The notes beneath the pieces were generated by a model that saw nothing but the letters and a program-made list of their open reading frames with translations, did no database searches and was not told the DNA's origin. The translations under genes and the position numbers were made by a program. A stretch of 62,982 nt of DNA, counting the filler, from Choristocarpus tenellus KU-1152 (Eukaryota > Protista > Phaeophyceae): NCBI GenBank assembly GCA_964200185.2. It is 11 parts of 11 records of this genome, joined end to end, with 100 filler letters (N's around TTAATTAATTAA, not from the genome) between each part and the next. Parts side by side here need not be neighbours in the genome. Positions count along the whole stretch, not along the records: positions 53,905 to 57,088 come from CAXNAD020021704.1; positions 57,189 to 60,156 come from CAXNAD020023292.1; positions 60,257 to 62,982 come from CAXNAD020025281.1; 8 more parts are not named here. One strand, given 5' to 3'. The stretch's first letter is position 1. Each line of letters starts with the position of its first letter. Positions 54,334 to 62,982 of this stretch are shown here, one piece after another.

Positions 54334-55660
54334 GCTGTCTGGCGTAACTGAATGGAAGAACGCTATATTCCTGTGGGTCAACGTTGGTGGAGGTAATGAG
54401 TACACCAACACCTTCAGGTGGGAACTACAACGACAGCAGAGTCTTGCGGGAGCAAATCCTCCCCCATTCCGATCACCAAGTCCCGGTGACACCATGGGGG
54501 CAGGAAGAAGAGGAGAGATCAGAGGGGTTTGCAGTGTTGGCACTGGCCACGATACCAGAAGTGCAGTTGAGAGTGCAGCGGGAGGGAGACGGACTTTGCT
54601 GAGCTCAGTGGGGGAGGGGGGAGCAGTACTCTGTATGGAATGGTTTGCAGGTAGTAGGATGACAGAGGAGTCTCCTGTGATACAAAAGATGCTGCTCGTT
54701 CCCTCTACTCCACACGAGCTCTCTGGCATGAAGAGTAGTGTCGCCGTTTCTACTGCAGAGAGTACCTTAAGTTTATTATTGGGAGGCGGAGTCCCAGCAA
54801 AGGTTGAATGGAAGAGGGTGAAAGCGGAAGAGGGTGTGCTGGCGGAGAATGGACAACAACCAAAGGGTTCGGCGACTGCTGACAACAAGAGGGCTCCGAG
54901 CACTGAGGAGGAGGATGAAGACAATAGAGTTAAGTTTGGAGGGAATGGTGGTGGCCCTAGAAAGGTGGGAGGTTGTAGAGTCCGCGAAGACAACCACAGC
55001 AGAGGGTGTGGAACAGTAAGAAGTGAAAAACGAAGGCGTAGTGGTGGTGAAAGCAACAGCGCCAGTGGAGATAGTAGTAATGCTGCAGCCGGAAAAATGC
55101 CAGCTCTTGCCAATACCATAGGTGGCGTTGACAAAGGCATAGAAAATGAGCATAATATAAGGCTTCCTCAAGGCTCTGGGACAGGCATTGTCCGCAGGAA
55201 GAACGCCGTCCCAAACACGACCACTTCCACAACGCTATCAATGCCTGGCCCTTCTTCGACTCCACCGACAGCTCTCCCTCCCCTGCTCGCTTCCCAAGAC
55301 CTTGCTTCAGAAACGCCCAGTTGGGGATGTGTTCGTCTTCCCTCGCAAGACTCGAGGATGTCAGACAACTTTTCGAAAAGAAACCCAGAGGCCCTGCCGG
55401 CTTCATGTCTTGTGCCTGAGGAGACACTCTCTTCTGCCCCTACATTTCCGTCGGCCTTACCTGTTCTGCTTTTTTGCAGGCTCCCTGGAGAGCCTTACGT
55501 GTTCTGTGGTCGTCTAGGGTATGCAGAGCATTGTCCGCAGTCTAGGCCCTTGCGATTTGTCTGGTTCCTCCTGGACTCTGAAAAGCTCATGCTTGAGTCA
55601 GGGTTTTGTGGCATCTTGGCGGGGGCTGGCTTGAGTGATGAGACGGGCAAGGGTAGCTAG
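54334..55660 (+). CDS. Terminal exon of an uncharacterised protein with a DUF3427-like (PUA/SRA-related) domain split by low-complexity inserts
   Basis: A 1.3-kb open exon follows the acceptor cgaag|. Conserved-looking blocks SGVTEWKNAIFLWVNVGGGNEYTNTF, MEWFAGSRMTEESPVIQKML and VLLFCRLPGEPYVFCGRLGYAEHCPQSRPLRFVWFLLD are separated by G/S/E/P-rich tracts. The domain name is from pattern recall. Confidence 0.75.
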
Positions 55661-57188
55661 CTTGTTGTCCTTGGAGGAAGGGGTTAATCGTGAGTTGAAG
55701 TTGGTCATATTCGACGCTATATTTGTTGGATCGAAGATGCTGCCAAAGTGTTTTGTGCCTATTATGGTCTGGTGAACATTATGGTAACTGACACATGGTG
55801 TGTACCAGTTCTGTCTATGTTGGATAGTAAACGTTCTCCTCCTTCCTTACTACACCTTACATCAGACCACAAGCAGCACGAATCAAGCAGGGCCCGGGGG
55901 CGAAATAGTACTCTCTGTTCATAATAAGGTGTATATATTGGTATGAATGCCCCCTTTGACATTACTCTTTCGTTATGACCGCTAAAGTTTGTGAGGGAGT
56001 TAGGGTCGAGGTTTAGATCTGATCAAAAAAAAATTGTATATGTACGACTTGGTATGGTGTACCACAGTAGGATAGTAAGTTGCAGCAACAATAGTTACAA
56101 GGGCAGTGTAACTGGGTCTGATTCCCCTAATTATTGCAGATGATGAACTGGGGCACTGCATCGGTATTATTTTGTTGTTGCTGGAGAGCAGCCTCCTACA
56201 TTATGATTACGTATGCAATATTATGTCTTCAAAATGGTGCTCGCTAACACTTTGTCTTTTCGTGGCAGACTGGAACTCTAACACTGCAGTGGTGATCTTG
56301 CTCGTAGTAGTTTTCATCAGCTAGGTAAGGAGTTCATAGCGGCATTACACCTAGGCTGCTTTTAAGGAGTACATAATCTTGGGTCTGACCTGTAGTTCCA
56401 GAGGATGAAGAATGGAAGTAGCACATTACACACGAACTGCTTGCATTTGGAAGAACAATCATCGCAAACACAGCTCACAGCTGTTGGCGTTTCATAGATA
56501 TTACACTTACCAGGTATCTGGTTTGAAGTGAAAGCTTTACCTTCGTTTTCTCTTTTCTATTTTGTCCAATTAGTTCACACGTGCCAGTCTTTTTGTATCT
56601 TTGATTGGATGCTTGCAACATATAGATGCTTCTCCAGATAGATCCAATGATCAAACGGCCAGGTACCTCTTGATCATCATACTCTTTTTTTTTTCAATAG
56701 TTTTCGATTTCCAAATGGTACGCCTCTAGAACCACATCAAACAGATGACCGTCGATAGTATGGTATCTACCATTGTGAACAGGATTAAAATAAGATCCTG
56801 TTCGTGGTTGTGTAAGCTACCACAAGTCATTTGCAGCACCATTGGAATATAAATTGACTACCAATAGTCAACCAACCACAACAGCAGTACTGCATTACAT
56901 TTTTTTTTAACTTTGGCTCGAAGTATCTGGGGAGTAGCGGCTGTCCATTTAGGGCCCATTGTTCCATGTCGCGAATTTTGGGTGATTTGGCTGCATGCAT
57001 CGGATGGATAATGTAAGTTCACTTCTCCTGGTCAGGGTTCGAATGGACACCCTGGTGTGGAGCGCCCCCCCCCCCCAAAGAGCGTAGANNNNNNNNNNNN
57101 NNNNNNNNNNNNNNNNNNNNNNNNNNNNNNNNTTAATTAATTAANNNNNNNNNNNNNNNNNNNNNNNNNNNNNNNNNNNNNNNNNNNN

Positions 57189-59670
57189 GTTTGGAGCACC
57201 GGAGGAGATGGATCACTCCCGTGGCCAAAGATGTCGTCGACGGTGACTCGCTTGTTGCACGTGAACTCTGTCCCATCGTTGTGCACGAGAAGAATCATGT
57301 CCTGGTGGCATCTGACATGGTTATCAGTGCCTGCAAGAGGGCGCCCCCCCCCTCCTCGTCTTGTACATTGTAAGCAGAGGATGATCTTCCACAATCAAGC
57401 CCACCTTCGACGCCATAAGAGCCCCTGAATGAAGAGAAGGCGGGAGCAAGCGCGTGGGTCTGGCATGTGTCAAACTTGACAGTGACAGCACACAAGTACG
57501 GTATCGTTGAGCTTCTTGAAATCGCATACCACTAACATAATAAAAGTCCAACGAGGGTGGAACGCAAGCCAAATAACAAATGCAAAAATGCAAACAATCG
57601 GAAATTCTGAAATAGAAGGAAAAAAAAAAAGACAGCAAAAAAAAAGTAGTGAAGACAAGTAACACCAGCATGCGACTCACGGACAATCAATGAAAGAACT
57701 ACGAAGGACATGGGGGGGAAGAGCAAAAGACACAAAAGGAAATACAAGGTACGAAGAAGATAAAACAACATGGGGAAAGCGAAAAAAATGACACACGACA
57801 GAATCCGCATCTCTTGAACGGCCGCCACTGTTACCGATCGAGACACGGGCGGACTGATAACGGCCATGACGAATTGCAATAGTCTCCCACAATACACCCC
57901 GTATTTCAGTGCTGGTGAACTCTGTAACTCACCGTGTAGGCGGTGTGATTGCACGGCCCACGGGTGGGGCACAAATAGCACGATGGTCCCCTGAGGATGT
58001 ACCTTCACCTGCAAGTACCTCATCACCTGGCGCAAGTGGGTGTTGCTCGCCTCTTCGTCGTTTAGGTTCTTAGCTCAGCGGCAATTGATACTATGGCGAG
58101 CTTTGGCGCGTTGCGGAAGGCGAAGTCTTTCAGGCCGTCCAAGGGTAGCGTTGGGTCGAGAGGGCGAAGGTCGTGTAGTGCAGTGTTCTCAGCCCTGGTT
58201 GGACATCATGACACATGACACAGTACACAGACAGCACGACGAAAAGGACAGCATCGTAAACAACAGTGCAGGCAATTGTATCAATAATTGAGGACCTGAT
58301 AATATTTTTCCGGCATCCCCAAAATGTTAAGCACCCTCCACAACGCCAGACCCATCAGATACATCTCGTGGAAGGAGGGGAGACGTCAAACAGGTAAGTT
58401 CCATGGCCCATGGAACCTCCAAAAAAACGCCATACTGAACACACAAAGGACGAGCAATCCACATGATGTACAACCAGCCGAGACCCACGTGCAAACCAAC
58501 ACGAAACTGAACATGCAGAGACGACTTGTATCTCCGAACAATGTGCAACCACGCCGAGACCCACATGCACTTCTCCATGTCTGCCGTTTCGCTGCCTGAG
58601 GGGGGACGAAAAAGGCTTTGCCTGCTGGGTGACTTGCCTGCGCTCCTTGCGTTACGTTTACCCTTACCCTTGCCCCTGCCCCGACCCACCGCTGCGTTCC
58701 CCATCGGTCCAGTCCCTTCGCTGCCCTCCTGTGCCACAGGGAAATTAATACATAATCGATCCTTGTGCCTCTCATCGCCCACAATCTCCACGTTGGCAAA
58801 TTCGCCCATGCGCGTGATGGAGCACCTTGAGCAGGAATACCCGCCGTGCATGGCATCGAATGAGAGCGTCAAACAGGCAGAACAGCATTTTTTCCAAATC
58901 ATTAATTGGGCGCAACAACGCAATGCGGGGTTCCACGGCTACGAAGGACCACGAAATTGGTGGCACAAAACAATACGAACTACAGGTGAGATACAACAGT
59001 CAGTTGCCACACGCACTAACACACTCGGGCTGTGGCAAACAAAGAGACCTGGGGGTTACGAACGCAGCGCCAAACACAGAAGGACCCCGCGACATCCACC
59101 GGTGTGGTGGCGTGCATTGCTGTAGCAATACAACTTAGTTAGCCGTTCGGGCGATCGGATGAAAACCAATCTTACGCCATTAATTACCCACCATCCGCTT
59201 GTGCACCATTACAACTGCATTACTCACCGAGCCGTAGGCGGAGGATTGCATTCAGTACAGCAAACGCCCGCATTCCACCCTCCATAGTCGTTTTGTTCTT
59301 CTTCCGCACCAGGAACATTGTCGACAGAATCCCCCTCGCCCGTATCCTCCCTGCCTGGCAGTCCGTCCCCCCCCTCGTCTTCGTCCTCTCCTTCGTGCTT
59401 GTCCCCTCCCTCGTCTTCGTCCCCTCCATTGTGTTCGCACCCTCCCTCGTCTTCTTTCCCCCCGCCATCTGATGCCGATCCGTTGTTGCTCTCGAAGTCG
59501 GCGCCGCCACCATCACCGCCCCACCCGCTGTGGACGTGATGGAGGTTGGCCTGGTTGAGGACATCCTGGTATTTCCCATCCCAGGTGGTGAGGTAAGCGC
59601 GTAGCGTCAAGTCCTTCTCGAGAATCTGGTGGTGGACACGGCGGAGAACGTTGTTGAGGAGAGGAGGGGA
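57189..59670 (-). mobile_element. Degenerate, intron-containing KDZ (Kyakuja-Dileera-Zisupton)/HMGXB3-like transposase remnant
   Basis: Exon-like blocks with gtgagt donors at ~59227 and ~57932. Segments: LLNNVLRRVHHQILEKDLTLRAYLTTW; KMLFCLFDALI/frameshift/DAMHGGYSCSRCS...VEIVGDERHK (compare F.AL...y.fsC..CG..P.vi.D..K); and ATGVIHLLRCSK at the contig edge. In-frame TGA stops and frameshifts are present. Confidence 0.38.
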
Positions 59671-60339
59671 CGATGGTGACATAAAAAATAAGAAAATATA
59701 ATGGAAGAACGATAACTTGTCAATCAAGCAAAGCAAACGATACGGTTGACGTGGTTAACGCGTCTAATGGAGGCTGCTTGCAGGGCGAAATAGTTTGAAA
59801 GAAGTCATTGTCGAGGACGCCAGCCTGTCTGTAGCTTACGAAAGTGACATGTGTTGGAGGCGGGAATGAGGTACGGATTGGCCAAGATCTTGCCTGGAGT
59901 TGAAGGCAACGGTTGGCTATTCCCGCTTTTAGCAATGAAAGCCGAGATCAGACAAAACAGCATCGTGTGTTGTAGGGAAGGCAACTCTATCGCTCATGAT
60001 GATGACGAAGACTCACCACTAATCCTAGATGCGTCAACTAGCTGTTGTTGTACAAGCCAGCACAAATGTAATTGCTAACACAGGAGGCACATTCACGGCT
60101 CTGACCCGTTACAGAGGTTTCATTCCGACAACCGTCGAGATGTTTGCCGGGACGGGNNNNNNNNNNNNNNNNNNNNNNNNNNNNNNNNNNNNNNNNNNNN
60201 TTAATTAATTAANNNNNNNNNNNNNNNNNNNNNNNNNNNNNNNNNNNNNNNNNNNNGAAACCCCTTCCCAAGAATTTGAGTCCCTACCCCCACCGCATTC
60301 CCCCCCCCCCCCTCCCTCCCTCTCCTGATTTTGCTACAG

Positions 60340-62018
60340 TTCTCTGACAAGGAGTACTTGAGGTGTAAGAATGTTGTCGACGAACAGTCTCGGAGTTTGG
60401 AAGTTTGGAAGCGCCTGGAGGAAGAGGTGTGTTGATCATGTGTAGGTGGTGCAGTCATGGGGCTGAAGGGGGAACAGGGAGGGAGGCGTGCGTGTGGGAA
60501 CCTCTTGTGATCGGCTGGGTGAATTGAGGTTTTTGAAGGTGTATTCGTATTGGGTAGAGGGTAAGGGGGGGGGGGGGGGAGTTCGATAATGGCGATAGTG
60601 CTTGCTACAGTCCTTGTTAAAATGCAGTTTGGATTGTGTAGTTTTAGTTGGAAGTTGTGTGCATGCGGTGGTTGTTGTTGGTATTAGTTCAAAGGCGTTT
60701 TTTGTCTCTTGGTGGATGCTAGCTTAGCAAATGCTACATCATGTTCTGATGTTGTGCTTTCGTTATGACAATGGGTAACAGCAGAGGTTAGGGTTAGGTT
60801 GGGTTAGGGTTACAAGGGTGCTGCATTTGTCGTGTGTGGGTGATGGTCGAGATAGAGTTTGAATCAGTTGTACTTTTTCATCTGGAGGTGGAGGTTAGGG
60901 GGTTAGGGGGGTTGGTGGGAAGGGCAACAGTGTGGCCTTAAGGAGATTGGTGCGGGTTTTGAGAAGGTGTGTCTATGTTAAAGAGCCATATACCACTGCT
61001 GCCATCACTGTCATACACAGCATGTGTACAGTCATGATCTAATCCATATTCAAGGCATAATGGCAGTTTCCGACTGTAAGTTCCTTAATTTTCTAAGGTA
61101 AGATGTTCGTGAGTACAACCAATGAAAAAAAATTGAACTCATGCAGTAGCCCCTCCCTCCCACACCCACTTCTCTCTTCAGGTGTCACAGCTTGATCTTG
61201 GATCAGACAAGACCCTCCGTGTGGCCGACCTTGGCTGTGGTCTCCTACCTTTCCTGGGTGATATGAGGCGACTCATGCTCGGAGGAAGCGAGGTGGGGGC
61301 AGGGGAAGGGGAGTGCCAGAAGGAGGGGAAGGAGCCCCGAAGGCTGGAATATTCAGGGCTGGAGACTGAACGGGGTGTTGTTGATGAGGCATGTCAGGTA
61401 TTTAGTTACTGAAGGGTTCTTCAAAAGGAATGTGTCGATGCAATGCACCAGTGCTGTGCTTCAAGTGTTGCTTTAAAATGGGCAGTTAGTTGAATAGGTG
61501 GTATCTGTAGTTGTTGCCTTCTCTTGGCATGTATTGCATGTTTCTGAATGAGTTGCCTAACACTATCTCTCTAACACTATCTCTAACACTATCTCTAACA
61601 CTATCCCCGAATGTGTCGCCTTTCGCTGTTATTTACGTAGCATTATTTTTCCAACCCCTTTCAGATTCCCCCCCCTTCCCTGTGCACAAGCCAAGACTCT
61701 TCCCAGCTCATCTACAATAACTGTCTTAAGTATTTACTCTGAGTTCTTGTCTTGTTGTACTCAATTTATAACTATAGTTCAAAAGTATTTTTCCACCCCC
61801 CTCCCCATCCCTGTGTACAAGCCAAAGCTCTTTCCAGCCCATCTACAGTAATTGTCTGAAGTATTTTTCACTCTAAGTCCTTCTCTTGTTGTACACAATT
61901 TATGATAATATATTCAAGATTCTTCTGGGCATGGGGTTCAGTGCCAGTCATGGTGAAGGGGAGTTGCCACCAAGCAAGTCTACACGTACTTTTTGGATGG
62001 GAAGAGATGATGCCTCAG
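60340..62018 (+). CDS. Class I SAM-dependent methyltransferase domain, internal exons
   Basis: Exons 60340-60426, 61182-61397 and 61919-62018 join in frame: FSDKEYLRCKNVVDEQSRSLEVWKRLEEE-VSQLDLGSDKTLRVADLGCGLLPFL...LEYSGLETE. This contains motif I (VADLGCG) and an acidic post-I residue. Confidence 0.78.
61558..61900. repeat. Intronic 12-14-bp tandem (TAACACTATCTC)n and an ~90-bp imperfect direct duplication
   Basis: Tandem at 61558-61605; 61678-61770 is repeated at 61809-61903. Confidence 0.8.
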
Positions 62019-62059
62019 GTGAGTGGGTTTTGTGTCTCCCTCCACCTCGCCTTGCCCTC

Positions 62060-62099
<40 letters not shown>

Positions 62100-62982
62100 G
62101 AAAAAAAAAAAAAAACGTGAAGTAGTAGTGTCTAAGAGAAGAAGAGAAAGAAAAAAAAAAANNNNNNNNNNGCCTTTTTTTTTGGTGGGGAAAGTTATGT
62201 ACCCCCTGTTTGCTGGGCGTTATGTTCGCGTCCCCCCCGCCTCGCCTCCTACCCCCCCCCCCCCCCCCCGGTAAAAAAGAGTAAAAGTAGTATATACTGT
62301 GTAGTATTTTTGAACGATAGAAGGGAATTGAAACACAAGAATCTGTATTTTTATTTTTTAAATGTATATTTGGAATCAAGTGGGTGGAAAATGTTTTATG
62401 TTTGAGATTTAGGTGAGGTGTTCATTTTTGTAGTAGTCTTGTCTTCTGTTTTGGATTTCGTGTTTGTACTGGTTGTATGGATCATTGAAAAATTATTGTG
62501 GGGAAAAGATGTGTGGAACGGGGGGGAGGGGGTAGGAAGGGGAAGGGAGGGAGGGAGATGGTTTGTATTCAAAGTTGGCGCTTTGTGTGGAGAAAAATTG
62601 ACTACTAATATGTGTACAACACTATAATGAAAGACCAGAATTTTGTTTTTGACTGTGAAGTTCAAACACATTCAACTTCTTAAGACTTGAAATGAGGATA
62701 AAGAGTGCAATTAGAGTGCCTGCTGTTGGGGGGTGCTCAAGAATGTTCTGTGTGTTCTCCATGCAAAGTTTTGCATTTTTGGTGAAGTAAAAGTCACAGC
62801 ATGTTAGTTTGAGTTTTCTGTCCCTTTTCCATCCAGAACCATGGAACAGAATAGTCCTTTCACGGTCAGCTCACACCCCTCCTATATTCACCTGAACCCC
62901 CCCCCCCCCCCCCCCCAACTTCTTTTTTTTTTTTTTCCCCCACAACGCCCCCCAGAGCGGCTTCCGTCGCCCTCACATCGGC

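Noticed and set aside
54286-55140. 284-aa antisense ORF
   Set aside because: Low-complexity shadow of the plus-strand exon, with no recognisable motif.
53905-62982. Apparent cluster of DUF3427-like reader, KDZ-like element and methyltransferase as one DNA-modification system
   Set aside because: The three lie on separate contigs joined by artificial spacers, so there is no evidence of linkage.

Overview
Eukaryotic, intron-rich DNA, most consistent with a photosynthetic stramenopile of the brown-algal lineage. This is an inference from a bipartite plastid-targeting peptide, TTAGGG-type repeats and the style of the retroelement remnants. The window is NOT one locus: it is 11 unrelated contigs joined by ten artificial 100-nt spacers (N44-TTAATTAATTAA-N44), so adjacency across spacers has no biological meaning. 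By hand-splicing I can support one complete gene (RCC1-repeat protein) and seven partial ones: an MFS transporter with a signal peptide, an LRGG motif and GC-AG introns; a MORN-repeat protein; plastid LL-diaminopimelate aminotransferase; a PRMT10-like C-terminus; a protein with three tandem hnRNP-Q acidic/NURR domains; a DUF3427-like protein; and a class I SAM methyltransferase. There is also a USP-like exon. Much of the rest is mobile DNA: decayed Copia, RTE, CRE-like and probable KDZ-type elements, and several MITE families, three of which share a GAGYCAAAG terminus. The most notable observations are a ~130-bp hairpin-bearing tandem array with nested insertions, a dyad motif upstream of three unrelated genes, the multi-NURR protein, the eukaryotic DUF3427-like gene, a foldback element with perfect 115-bp TIRs, and CpG-rich 5' exons against CpG-poor gene bodies. 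All family assignments come from motif recognition, not from database searches.
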